Shown here: positions 41,259-51,347 of the stretch, piece after piece
Position numbering within the stretch: position 1 is the stretch's first letter
Layout: every line of letters begins with the position of its first letter
Source of the DNA: Patescibacteria group bacterium UBA926
GTDB taxonomy: Bacteria > Patescibacteriota > Doudnabacteria > UBA920
DNA: 64,000 nucleotides
NCBI GenBank assembly: GCA_002293685.1
Contig: DBDS01000006.1
Location: 180,909 to 244,908 of the forward strand
Direction: 5' to 3'
Position numbers and translations under genes: made by a program
Notes under the pieces: model-generated
Databases searched by the model: none
What the model saw: the letters and a program-made list of their open reading frames with translations, nothing else
Told to the model about the DNA's origin: nothing

Positions 41259-42176
41259 GTGAAAATAATATTTTTTGGAACTTCTGAAATTGGCAGACCA
41301 ATTTTACAAAAGCTAATTGAAAAGCACGAAGTGCTTGCAGTTATTACTTCTCCCGATAAACCTGTTGGTCGAAAACAAATTCTCACACCGAGCCCAATTG
41401 CAACTCTGGCAGAAGAAAACAATCTAACTACCATCAAGCCTGAGAAAGTGAAAAATAATTCTGAATTTATCGAAACCCTTAGGGATTTTGACGCAGATAT
41501 TTTTATTGTTGTCTCTTACGGAAAAATTTTGCCTCTTGAACTTCTATCAATTCCTCCTCTAAAAACTATCAATGTCCACTTTTCATTGCTTCCAAGATAT
41601 CGTGGACCAGCTCCGGTTCAGTTTGCGCTACTTAATGGCGAAACTAAAACTGGTTCAACAATTTTTATATTAGATGAATTAGTTGATCATGGTCCAATTT
41701 TAGGAACAGTGGAGCTAGATATTTTACCAGATGACACTAACCCTACTCTACAGCATAGACTTGCTGAATCCTCATCTGATTTACTTTTAGATATACTCCC
41801 AAAATATCAATCAGGTGTAATCACTCCACAAGAACAAAATCACGAACTCGCAACTCCCACAAAAATAATTTCTAAAGACGACGGTCGTATTGATTGGAAA
41901 GAAACGGCCAAGCAGATACATAATAAATGGCGAGCATATCAACCATGGCCTGGAATTTATACAGAATGGGATGGTAAACTGCTAAAAATTATTGAATGCG
42001 CAGTAAACGACGAGTCGACTACATTTCCAGTCGGCACAACCCAAGATGATCTGGTATCTTGTGGCGACAACACAACCCTTAAGCTAATTACTGTTCAGCT
42101 AGAAGGAAAAAACTCTTCCCCTATAAAAGATTTCCTTAACGGACATCCTAAATTTAAATCAACTCAACTAATATAA
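41259..42176 (+). CDS. fmt: methionyl-tRNA formyltransferase (GTG start)
   Basis: NVHFSLLPRYRGPAPVQ formyltransferase motif. Confidence 0.85.
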   Translation: MKIIFFGTSEIGRPILQKLIEKHEVLAVITSPDKPVGRKQILTPSPIATLAEENNLTTIKPEKVKNNSEFIETLRDFDADIFIVVSYGKILPLELLSIPPLKTINVHFSLLPRYRGPAPVQFALLNGETKTGSTIFILDELVDHGPILGTVELDILPDDTNPTLQHRLAESSSDLLLDILPKYQSGVITPQEQNHELATPTKIISKDDGRIDWKETAKQIHNKWRAYQPWPGIYTEWDGKLLKIIECAVNDESTTFPVGTTQDDLVSCGDNTTLKLITVQLEGKNSSPIKDFLNGHPKFKSTQLI

Positions 42177-42181
42177 ACCTT

Positions 42182-43078
42182 ATGTGGATTGCCTTAGCCC
42201 TGCTTGCACCATTACTCTGGGCTGCTTCAAACATCTTCGACAAATATGCGCTTAGCAAGCTTTCTAAAGGCTCTTACGAGTTTATCTTTTTAGGATCACT
42301 TGCAAGCTTCCTGATTATTTTCCTGACGATTCCAATTTTTGGTTTAGAAAAAATTGGTGTGGTTGCTTTGTGGGCAATTCTATCAGGAGTGTCATTGCAA
42401 TTTTCATATCTCTTCTATTCGTATGCACTAGAAGAAGAAGATGCGTCCTATGTAATCCCTCTCTACATAACTTACGCGGTTGTAGTTTTACTCTTAGGAC
42501 CTTTGTTTGGTGAAAGTATAACCACACATCAATATATTTCGTTTGCGATCGTATTTATCGGTGCATTAATATTATCTCAAGTCAAATTATCGTTAAGTAT
42601 TCATAAATATAGAAAAGGTGCATTATGGATGATTCCTGCAATCATACTGTTAAGCTTCTATACTCTATTTTTTCATAACTCTCTCCAATACCTAACTTTT
42701 ACAGATGCATTTATTTATACTGAAATCGGGTTTGCCCTATCAGGGGTATCTCTCTTAATTGTTCCGAAATGGCGAAAAGAGATTCTCTCAGGAATCAAAG
42801 AAGCCAGTTTGAAAAAAATGAAGTTCTTCCTGCTGAACGATGTTGTGGATCTATCTGGTCATTTACTATTTCAATACGCACTATTTATAGCTCCAAGCGC
42901 TAGCTTGATTGCTGTTATCGGTGGTGTTCAACCATTCTATGTACTAGTTCTTGGCTTATTCTTCACTTTCTTATTCCCACAAATCGTTTCAGAGAAAGTC
43001 ACAAAGCAAGAAATTACACAAAAGCTAATTGGTACAGTAATAATACTATTTGGAATTATCTATCTGAATCTATTTTAA
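42182..43078 (+). CDS. EamA/DMT-superfamily transporter
   Basis: 10 TM helices, two EamA-like halves. Confidence 0.6.
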   Translation: MWIALALLAPLLWAASNIFDKYALSKLSKGSYEFIFLGSLASFLIIFLTIPIFGLEKIGVVALWAILSGVSLQFSYLFYSYALEEEDASYVIPLYITYAVVVLLLGPLFGESITTHQYISFAIVFIGALILSQVKLSLSIHKYRKGALWMIPAIILLSFYTLFFHNSLQYLTFTDAFIYTEIGFALSGVSLLIVPKWRKEILSGIKEASLKKMKFFLLNDVVDLSGHLLFQYALFIAPSASLIAVIGGVQPFYVLVLGLFFTFLFPQIVSEKVTKQEITQKLIGTVIILFGIIYLNLF

Positions 43079-43109
43079 TAATGCCGACATTAACAAAACC
43101 ATTTCCTCT

Positions 43110-43212
43110 GTCATTCTGAACGAAGTCCTTCTAAATCTTGTAGAGATTTTGTGCGGACTTAGTGAAGAATCTCAACATAGATCCTTCGGTTGCTTCGCTC
43201 TCTCAGGATGAC
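43110..43212. repeat. composite MITE-like element (GTCATTCTGA arm + CGAAGTCC..AAATCTTGTAGAGATTT core + GATCC..CAGGATGAC arm)
   Basis: inverted terminal arms and internal hairpin; core shared with 35141-35203 and 58945-58995. Confidence 0.55.
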
Positions 43213-43289
43213 AGTGCTTAAAAACGCTTGCTAGGGATGACATACTCTCAACTCAACTATAAAACCGTCCCCTTAAGGACGGTTTTATA

Positions 43290-44165
43290 TTATTGCCTTG
43301 CTCTTATGTGATCGGCAAAAGTCTTGCTGAACACAACTTCACCCGAAGGTTGTTTATGCAAGAAGTAGTAAAAGTCTGACTTAATTGGTTTAAGGGCGGC
43401 CTGGATACTTCCAAGCGATGGTGATCCAATTGGACCAGGCGGTAAGCCAGCAAACTTGTAAGTATTATAAGGCGAATCAATTTCTGTATCACGCAAACTT
43501 ACACCAGGAGTATTTTTTCCAGTGATATAGTTTACTGTCGCATCACTTTCTAGACCTTGACCAATCATCAACCGGTTATAGAAAACGCCGGCAATTAATC
43601 CGCGCTCTTCAGCTAGAGGCATTGGTCCGCCTCCCCCACCTTCTCGCTCAATAATTGATGCTAGAGTAATTACATCATATAAAGACATTCCACTAATACC
43701 ATCACCACCAGCGGGTTCCAAATTTTCGAAAGAAGGAATTACAAAATCATTTCCCGCAGATTCAACTCCTATATTGGTCACCCGTCTAGAAAAATTTTCT
43801 AACATTTTATCGATGACCTGTACGGGCGTTGAGCCTTTTGCGAATCGGTATGTATCGGGAAAAAGATAACCTTCAAGACTAGTTCCTTGTGGTTTTTGAA
43901 CTAATGGGTATTTAGTAGAATCATAAGCTTCGGCAGCACTAACAAAATCGTCTGCTGAAAACATTTCGGCTTCTTCAAACTTTGCCCCCATCTGAGCTAT
44001 TGTCCAACCTTCAATGATAGTAACCTGTATCTCCTCAGCTTTTTGCTGCATAGCAACAATTCGACGCTGTTGCTCTGCTCTATAATCCTGAACCTGCCTA
44101 TAAATTACCACGCCAATAATTATAAAGATTATTAGTATGATAAATGGCCAATATTTTCTTATCAT
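43290..44165 (-). CDS. mltG: endolytic murein transglycosylase MltG/YceG family
   Basis: GLESDATVNY...GLPPGPIGSP signature. Confidence 0.75.
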   Translation of the reverse strand: MIRKYWPFIILIIFIIIGVVIYRQVQDYRAEQQRRIVAMQQKAEEIQVTIIEGWTIAQMGAKFEEAEMFSADDFVSAAEAYDSTKYPLVQKPQGTSLEGYLFPDTYRFAKGSTPVQVIDKMLENFSRRVTNIGVESAGNDFVIPSFENLEPAGGDGISGMSLYDVITLASIIEREGGGGGPMPLAEERGLIAGVFYNRLMIGQGLESDATVNYITGKNTPGVSLRDTEIDSPYNTYKFAGLPPGPIGSPSLGSIQAALKPIKSDFYYFLHKQPSGEVVFSKTFADHIRARQ

Positions 44166-44237
44166 TTCTAAAGTATACCATTGAGTAAATAAAAAATCTC
44201 CCTACCCTTTCGGATAAGGAGATTTTGAAAACTAAAG

Positions 44238-44930
44238 TTAATCTCTGGAAGACATTCCCGATTCCACATGGTCGAGCACCTTGCGAGCGTGGTCTTTTCC
44301 ACCCAAACCAAAGGCCAAACCACCGGCAATTGCCAACATAGCAATTACAGCTCTGAACAAGTCTTGCAAAAAAGTTTGCGCAATTTGAAGTTCAGATAAC
44401 GCAGCAATGATTGCAAAAATCATAATTGCCCAGCGAGTAAGAGAACCTAACATATTTGCTGTGGCAAAACCACCAGCCTTAACAGTCCCCTTCACTACAT
44501 CGCCAAGGAAGTTTGCAGCAAGCATACCAAGTAAAATTATCACCATAGCGATAATTACATGACCTGCATAGCCCATTACATCGTTGTAGAAGAAATTGGT
44601 GATTGTGCTAAGCCCCATAATATCCGCTGCAGCAATGATGCTAGCTAAGATAAAGAACCATTTCACAATCCATTGAACAATACCTGAAACACGAATGGAT
44701 CGACCACTTCGTTCTGAAAGACGTTTCAGACCAAGTTGATCTCCTAAACCATCGATACCAATTGATATCAACGCTCGCTTCAATAAATTGCCCAAAAACA
44801 TACCAACAATCCAACCAAGCAATAATACAATTATTGCGGCTAGAATATTTGGTAAGAACTGAATTGCCCGATCATAGAGATTATAAACGGAATCCTGCAC
44901 CACGATTGGGTAATCGTTATAATAATTCAT
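44238..44930 (-). CDS. membrane protein with conserved-TM-helix repeats (mechanosensitive-channel-like)
   Basis: multiple TM helices; ATG at 44928-44930. Confidence 0.35.
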   Translation of the reverse strand: MNYYNDYPIVVQDSVYNLYDRAIQFLPNILAAIIVLLLGWIVGMFLGNLLKRALISIGIDGLGDQLGLKRLSERSGRSIRVSGIVQWIVKWFFILASIIAAADIMGLSTITNFFYNDVMGYAGHVIIAMVIILLGMLAANFLGDVVKGTVKAGGFATANMLGSLTRWAIMIFAIIAALSELQIAQTFLQDLFRAVIAMLAIAGGLAFGLGGKDHARKVLDHVESGMSSRD

Positions 44931-45037
44931 GATTAATCCTTTCTTTAGATTGATTTGATTACAAATCAATCCTGATTTAGCCTCCGGCCATCGACCTTAA
45001 ACCGGAATAAAAAATAATAAAAAGCAATAAGAAATTT

Positions 45038-45481
45038 CTATTGCTCTCCATAAATAACGATATTAAAATCACGCTTGCGACCACCATCACATTCAACAAA
45101 GAAAATACTTTGTTTCTTCCCGAGCAACAGCTTACCGTTTTGAATAGGAACGGTTTCACTACTACCCAACAAGAATGATTTTACATGAGAATGCCCGTTA
45201 CTGCGTTCGTTTACTTCTACCTCAGTGCGGGTTTCAAACAAATCATGGCCATAGCTTTCTTCTAAGGGCACAGTCCGATACAACATTTTCATAATGTCTT
45301 GCATCAGCATGGGTTCATTATGAGTTAGTCTTACACTTGCGGTTGTGTGAGGATTATAGATCACTGCCAAACCATTTTGTTGACCTGAAGTCGCGACAGC
45401 TTCAGCAACAAAACTCGTAACATCTATGAGCTCAAATTGTTTTTTAGAAGTCACTTCAATTGTTTTAAAGAAAGTTGACAT
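45038..45481 (-). CDS. YjbQ/UPF0047 family protein
   Basis: TASVRLTHNE...GHSHVKS...DGGRKR pattern. Confidence 0.7.
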   Translation of the reverse strand: MSTFFKTIEVTSKKQFELIDVTSFVAEAVATSGQQNGLAVIYNPHTTASVRLTHNEPMLMQDIMKMLYRTVPLEESYGHDLFETRTEVEVNERSNGHSHVKSFLLGSSETVPIQNGKLLLGKKQSIFFVECDGGRKRDFNIVIYGEQ

Positions 45482-45575
45482 CGAATAAGCCGTTTGTTTC
45501 TATTTCTAGGTTATCCCCAGATTGTTTTATTGATTACCTATATTATACCATTATTTGGAGTAAATATATGTGAAA

Positions 45576-46967
45576 TCAGGCTTCAGAATTTGCTAAATCA
45601 ACCGTAGTAGCGCCTATTTTGCTCTTAATTGGGAGGGAAAATGCAAAGGTGGAGCCTTTGCCAATTCCAGGGCTTTCGGCCCAAATCCGGCCATTGTGCT
45701 GCTCTACAATGACCTTCGCAACGTACATTCCCAAGCCTAGGCCTGTGGCGTGAGTCGCCGAATCAGAACCTCTTGAATATTTCTTAAACAAAGCTTCTTG
45801 AGTCTCTTTGTCCATCCCCTTTCCAGTATCTTTAACTTTCACCGTAATATTCTCAGCATCGTGCTCTACCATCACTTCAATGTCACCTTGCTTAGAATAT
45901 TTAATAGCGTTATCGATCATGTTGTTTATCACTTGGCGGATTTTTTCGCCATCCATCATAATGTTAGGCAAAGTTTCGCTAGGCGGACGATAAGCAATGT
46001 GTTGCTTGTGCATTTGAGCAAGTGGTTCGAGTTGCTCAACCAATGCAGTTACCATCGGCACAATGTTTGCATCTTGAAAGAAGAATTCCAACTTCCCACG
46101 TTCAATGCGTGATGCGTTTAGCAAATCATCGATGGTAGAAATTTGCGCTTCGTTAGTAACGTTTGTTCTCGCCAATGCGGCTCGAAGCTCTTCAGATAAC
46201 TCGCCAAAGTCCCCCGATAAAATTGCACCAAGATACCACTTAATTGTGGCTGGTGGCGTGCGCAACTGATGACTAGCAATCGAAATAAATTCCGCACGCG
46301 CTTTATCGAGAGCTTTTAGTTGTTCGTTGGCGATTTTTAACTTGTCATAAACTAAGGCTTTATCTAAAGCAACAGCTACTACATCAGCCAGGCTGCTTAT
46401 TGCCTCTTGTTCGAAATCACTTAGCGTGTCATAGCCTCGATTTAAACCAAACATTAACAGACCAATAAGTTCGTCCTGAGTTACAAGAGGATAAATTAGA
46501 ACTGTATCAATATGCCCTTTGATATCTAATTCTTTTAACTTTGATGGCTCAACCCATTCACTAAACAAATCTTGAAAACTTTTTGCAGTTAACCACTTTT
46601 TATCAGATATCACTTCATTCAATACGGCATTCTTTGAAGCATCAAAAGATTGTGTTTTATCCCAAGCAATTCCTTCTGCATTGACAGCGTCAGCAAAACG
46701 CTCGGACATTGAAAAAGGCTGTGGTGTAATCTGTTTAGTTTCCCCAACAACAATGAATATCCCAACCATCTCCATATTTAAATCAACCCGGACGGTGTCC
46801 GAAATCTTTTCGGAAAGTTTATCCGGGTCTAAAGTGAGTAAGCTTATCTGATACAGCTTACGAAGCAGTGAAAGAGTTTTATTGATTACGGCAAGTTCTA
46901 AGCTATGCTTATAGATTTGCTCATTCAACTGCTGCAAATTTGGTTCACTTGCAGCTGTGTTAGCCAT
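45576..46967 (-). CDS. sensor histidine kinase (GAF-like N-terminal region, HisKA, HATPase_c); no adjacent response regulator
   Basis: H-box SIASHQLRTP, N/G boxes DNAIKYS, DTGKGMD, GLGLGMY. Confidence 0.8.
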   Translation of the reverse strand: MANTAASEPNLQQLNEQIYKHSLELAVINKTLSLLRKLYQISLLTLDPDKLSEKISDTVRVDLNMEMVGIFIVVGETKQITPQPFSMSERFADAVNAEGIAWDKTQSFDASKNAVLNEVISDKKWLTAKSFQDLFSEWVEPSKLKELDIKGHIDTVLIYPLVTQDELIGLLMFGLNRGYDTLSDFEQEAISSLADVVAVALDKALVYDKLKIANEQLKALDKARAEFISIASHQLRTPPATIKWYLGAILSGDFGELSEELRAALARTNVTNEAQISTIDDLLNASRIERGKLEFFFQDANIVPMVTALVEQLEPLAQMHKQHIAYRPPSETLPNIMMDGEKIRQVINNMIDNAIKYSKQGDIEVMVEHDAENITVKVKDTGKGMDKETQEALFKKYSRGSDSATHATGLGLGMYVAKVIVEQHNGRIWAESPGIGKGSTFAFSLPIKSKIGATTVDLANSEA

Positions 46968-46983
46968 TTTTTATTTTTTTAAA

Positions 46984-47289
46984 CTATCTTAAATTTGAAG
47001 GGATATCGTTTGCAGGAAGCTCAGCCAACAAATCTTGAACAGCATCTTTACAAACTTCTCTAGAAACCTGTCCGAAAAGACGAGAATACTGTTCGACTAA
47101 TCGGTTAAGCACTTCTTTTGAATCCCCTTCAAAAGTAACTTGCTCGTTGTTTGCGTCAGAAATATTGAACCCGACAACTTTCTTAGCTTCTTGCCATGCG
47201 ACTGGACCAATAACAAGCTCTTGCTCTTTGATTATTCTCAAAGAGATTTGAGTGAATACTGCTAATTCATCTTGAGTAGTAGTTGTCAT
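46984..47289 (-). CDS. hypothetical protein
   Basis: ORF only. Confidence 0.3.
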   Translation of the reverse strand: MTTTTQDELAVFTQISLRIIKEQELVIGPVAWQEAKKVVGFNISDANNEQVTFEGDSKEVLNRLVEQYSRLFGQVSREVCKDAVQDLLAELPANDIPSNLR

Positions 47290-47293
47290 ATAT

Positions 47294-48121
47294 TTAAGAT
47301 TTTTGAATCTTATAGTAAATATTGCCGATTGAGAATATAGCTAGGGTCATTAAGTACAGTGAGAGCATGAAAACATAATCGTTGAAACCACCAACGTACC
47401 ACGTTTCATTATTTACTTGGTAAGAGAACTGGAAATCTGATATGAACTGGACTGTAAGTGCGGCGATCAATAAAATAATCGGTTTTCTCATTAACCCACC
47501 CAATGAGTTATTAGAAATAAATAGAGTAAATAAAGCTATTGATATATAAATGACTTGACCAATTTGCCAACCAAAATCCAAGAATATTAACAAAGGTGTG
47601 CTATCAGTGAAATCATATTCGCGTAATAGGATTAAATATGAACCCAATAATGCAACAAATGGAATTAATATTGCAACAAATTTATTAATAAATGATTGAG
47701 AACTAAATTGCACACCCAAAACTTTAGCAAGTTGATATGCTCCTAAAATATATAACAAAACACTAACATAAAAGAAAACATCCCCAATTGATGGATATGG
47801 AACTTCAATACCTAATATATAAATGTAGTAATTATATAATAATGTACCTATAAATTGGGCCAATAAACCTGAAGACAAAGAGAAAATAGCCATACCAAAT
47901 TTACTCTTAAGACCGCCCCATAATTTAGCGTAATAAAGTCCTGCGATTCCACCAAATAAAGGGAACAAAATCAAAAGATTTGTAAACAGATCATTTTCTA
48001 TACCTTCGGTTAAAAACCGAAGGTAAATTGACAACCACCATAAACTTAAGGCTATAAAGAGTATGGTCGCGACCATAAATCCCTTACTTTCCTTAAATTG
48101 TTCCAAAAAATATTGTCTCAT
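47294..48121 (-). CDS. hypothetical polytopic membrane protein
   Basis: 7-8 hydrophobic helices. Confidence 0.4.
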   Translation of the reverse strand: MRQYFLEQFKESKGFMVATILFIALSLWWLSIYLRFLTEGIENDLFTNLLILFPLFGGIAGLYYAKLWGGLKSKFGMAIFSLSSGLLAQFIGTLLYNYYIYILGIEVPYPSIGDVFFYVSVLLYILGAYQLAKVLGVQFSSQSFINKFVAILIPFVALLGSYLILLREYDFTDSTPLLIFLDFGWQIGQVIYISIALFTLFISNNSLGGLMRKPIILLIAALTVQFISDFQFSYQVNNETWYVGGFNDYVFMLSLYLMTLAIFSIGNIYYKIQKS

Positions 48122-48227
48122 AAATTACATACTATATATTAATATATATCATAAAAATTTCCTTTCTACAATTTTACAAGAAGTATCCACATAATTAGAA
48201 CGAAATTTAATGGAAGGTTGATCGAAA

Positions 48228-48905
48228 TTATTTTCTTATGATTGGTGCAACAATGGTTTTGTGTTTCCAGTAAATACAATCCTTTGGAGGATTAACTGCG
48301 CAAACTTTGAACTTTATGTCTTTGAAACCAGCCTTCTTTAATAACGCTTTATGCTCAGCAGAGATTGTTTTAGGTTCATCAGAAAAATAAGTAAAGACAC
48401 CATCGTCTTTTAATAATCTATGTGCTTCTTTAAAGAATGGGAAGAATTGAAAGAATTCTACTTCCTTGTCCAACGGACATGAATCAAAGAGAATACCATC
48501 AAAACTTTTATCGGGGAGGTTTTTTGTAACATCTTCCCAGAAACCTTTTAAGATTTTTAGTCTTTCGCTTTTAATCGCTGCTGGAAATTTCTTCTTTGCT
48601 GAAGCTATTACCAATGGGTGGCATTCAACAACAACGTGTGATTTCATTTTTTTAACACTTTGAATAAATCCAGCTGAAATCCCCATACCAAATCCAACTT
48701 CTAAAACAGAACCGCCTTTTGAAGTCGCTATAGTTGCCAACTCTTTCATATAGGGCTTTTCCCAGTCCTGCATAATCTGATTAACTAACTTTTTATTTCC
48801 CTTATTAAAATGCATCACCAACTCTTTTTTGTTGAAATCTAAGACAGTTTTTAGATACTTATCTTTAACTTTTTTTGAATACTTCCCAACAGTTTTGCTT
48901 ATCAT
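48228..48905 (-). CDS. guanidinoacetate N-methyltransferase-like (RMT2 family) SAM-dependent methyltransferase
   Basis: WEKPYMKELATIATSKGGSVLEVGFGMGISAG and downstream region closely follow the GAMT pattern WETPYM...SKGGRVLEVGFGMAIAA. Confidence 0.6.
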   Translation of the reverse strand: MISKTVGKYSKKVKDKYLKTVLDFNKKELVMHFNKGNKKLVNQIMQDWEKPYMKELATIATSKGGSVLEVGFGMGISAGFIQSVKKMKSHVVVECHPLVIASAKKKFPAAIKSERLKILKGFWEDVTKNLPDKSFDGILFDSCPLDKEVEFFQFFPFFKEAHRLLKDDGVFTYFSDEPKTISAEHKALLKKAGFKDIKFKVCAVNPPKDCIYWKHKTIVAPIIRK

Positions 48906-48934
48906 GTTTATACTAAAATTAATTATTATTAGAA

Positions 48935-49327
48935 TTATATCAAATTATGGTCCGGATATTTGGTACCCCTTATCACAAAATTCACTTCTAAGTCCTTAAG
49001 GTCAAACAGGTCAATAAAATATCGCTTAATCTTTTCTTGATCTAAACCATTCTGGCATGTATATACATCTGCACTAATAAATCCACGCTTCGGGAATGTA
49101 TGGATACTAATATGACTCTCGGCTATAATAACAAAACCACTCCAGCCACCTGGGTCTTTTAAGTCATTTTCTGGAGCAAATACCACCAAAGGTTCGATTA
49201 AGGCATTCATGCCCAACTCTTTTGGTAACTCATTTAACAATCTCTTAACTAAAGCTTCGTCATTAAGTAATTCTGCACTCCCCCCATATCCATCAAGGGT
49301 GAGATGTTCTCCAAAATGCTGACTCAT
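48935..49327 (-). CDS. speH: S-adenosylmethionine decarboxylase proenzyme, pyruvoyl-dependent (class 1b, SpeH-like)
   Basis: AESHISIHTFP self-cleavage motif; 130 aa. Confidence 0.7.
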   Translation of the reverse strand: MSQHFGEHLTLDGYGGSAELLNDEALVKRLLNELPKELGMNALIEPLVVFAPENDLKDPGGWSGFVIIAESHISIHTFPKRGFISADVYTCQNGLDQEKIKRYFIDLFDLKDLEVNFVIRGTKYPDHNLI

Positions 49328-49404
49328 AATATGTGAAAATTATGTGAATATCTAAGTACCTTAATTATAGCAGATTGGTCCGAAATCAAAGTAAATACTA
49401 AGTT

Positions 49405-50109
49405 TTATAACTCATCTGCGAAACTTTCCCAGATAGCTGTGGAAAATTTATCATCCTGGGTTTCTATGTGATTTTGAAGAAGTAAAGCAAAATGGTCTAA
49501 GCTCACTGCTTCCAATCCTTCAATTAACCCATCAGCACTTTTCGCATTCATCCTCAAACCGTTTCCAATTTTATCTACAGACTGGTGATGAGCACAATTC
49601 ACAGGCTTCTCACCTTCTCCAGTCATATCAGCTAACCGCGTACCACTTTCCACAATCATTTTATTACCATGATAAGTAGACACGTTATCGTAACTTGAAC
49701 CCTCTGGAACCATATGACCTTCAACGTGCTGAATTAAACTTCCACCCAACACAACATTCACCAACTGCATTCCTCTGCAAATTCCAAGCAGAGGTTTTTT
49801 ATCGGTCATCACCATTTTAATAATTTTCGTTTCAAGCAAATCACGAAGTGGATTTGTCACTTTCGTTTCAGGAACAGCCTCTTGTGAATACATCTTTGGA
49901 TTTATATCCGAACCCCCGGCCAATAGCACACCATCACACTGATGATATAATCTCGTCACCATCTCCTCACTGAACAAAACTGAACACAACAACGGCATCA
50001 CTCCCCGCTCAGTCAATTTTTTCACATACGTTTGATACAAAAAATCAATTTGCTGAACTTTCGCCCCCGCATCAACTTTGTACGGCAAGATAACTAATAC
50101 TTTTTTCAT
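49405..50109 (-). CDS. gamma-glutamyl-amine hydrolase, PuuD/peptidase C26 family (class I GATase-like)
   Basis: LLAGGSDINP, LLGICRGMQ, AHHQSV motifs. Confidence 0.7.
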   Translation of the reverse strand: MKKVLVILPYKVDAGAKVQQIDFLYQTYVKKLTERGVMPLLCSVLFSEEMVTRLYHQCDGVLLAGGSDINPKMYSQEAVPETKVTNPLRDLLETKIIKMVMTDKKPLLGICRGMQLVNVVLGGSLIQHVEGHMVPEGSSYDNVSTYHGNKMIVESGTRLADMTGEGEKPVNCAHHQSVDKIGNGLRMNAKSADGLIEGLEAVSLDHFALLLQNHIETQDDKFSTAIWESFADEL

Positions 50110-50159
50110 AAATTTGAATTTAATAAATTTGGAAAGGGGTAGATTGTACCCCTTTCACA

Positions 50160-50951
50160 CTAAACAGTTCGCACAAATTGCAAACTTAGCCGAATAAGAG
50201 CGTCCTGGCAAAGCTGATGACACCTAGCCGCGAACTTTTGAATCTTCTCATAATCAGCAGTTGAACCGCCCATTCGGAACTCAATAGTTCCATGAACAGT
50301 AATGCGAATCAACTGCCAATTCTTGCGCGGGTCTTTGTCGAAGCCTTTCTCCAAAGCGTCCTCATAAAACGCTCCAACAGACTCATAAGGTTTAGGAATG
50401 TAATCAGGCGCCATCGTCTGATAAATCCGAAGCCTCTCACCGTTACTATTATTGATGCACTCACACAAATCTTCCCACTCAGGAATGACTTTGTTGTATA
50501 CCAATAGCGCTGTTTCGAGATCTGGCATACCAACATGAACATGTGTACCAGCGACTCGACAAGCTGCCAACAAAGTTTCTCTTGGCATATCTTTGACAAT
50601 GCGCTGATATCTGCCCGTGGGGTCATTGTAAACCGACAGATCCATATCCTCACCGGCGACTTCCATGAATGAATCATAGATTTCCAGCTCAGCTAATGCT
50701 TTAGTAATTTCTCTATCGTTTTCACGGAGAGCATCTACAAGAGCATACAGCCTGACCGGCCCTACCCGATCCTCTAGCTGACAACCAGAAAGTTCGTAAC
50801 CAAACCTTCCATCAGTTGGTAAAATCTTCAGAACTCTTTCCGTTTCAGGAATTGGTTCTCCAAGAATATTTACCAAAAACCTCTCGCGTTCAACTCCGAT
50901 ATTTAGAACCTTATCGGGATTGAACTTAAACAACTGCTTGAACTTTTTCAT
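50160..50951 (-). CDS. carboxylate-amine ligase, GCS2 (YbdK) family
   Basis: IGVERERF, GTHVHVG, GTIEFR motifs. Confidence 0.7.
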   Translation of the reverse strand: MKKFKQLFKFNPDKVLNIGVERERFLVNILGEPIPETERVLKILPTDGRFGYELSGCQLEDRVGPVRLYALVDALRENDREITKALAELEIYDSFMEVAGEDMDLSVYNDPTGRYQRIVKDMPRETLLAACRVAGTHVHVGMPDLETALLVYNKVIPEWEDLCECINNSNGERLRIYQTMAPDYIPKPYESVGAFYEDALEKGFDKDPRKNWQLIRITVHGTIEFRMGGSTADYEKIQKFAARCHQLCQDALIRLSLQFVRTV

Positions 50952-51347
50952 ATTTCCTCCTAACTTTTTTGTTTTCTAGGCCACGACGATGAATTCACCG
51001 AGGCCATGAAAAACAAAAAAGCTCCTCATCTTTGTAAACAGAATAATACTGTTTACAAGGACGAAAAGCTTTGCTTTCGTGGTGCCACCTTGTTTTGCCA
51101 TGTGATTAAACATGACCTCGGCCCTTACTCCAAAATGGATATAAAGAATCTTTTGTTTACGGGAGATTAATCCCCGTACCGCCACATCTCACAAATTGAG
51201 TAGCAGAGGTCGCCGCGTTCTTCTGAACTATCTTGACCCAACCCCGTTTTGGTTTTGCAACCTGACGGGATCAAGATATCGGTTTTAGAATTGTGCCTAT
51301 ACAATAATCGATTTTTAGTTTGATGTCAAGGGAGATTATTTGTATGA

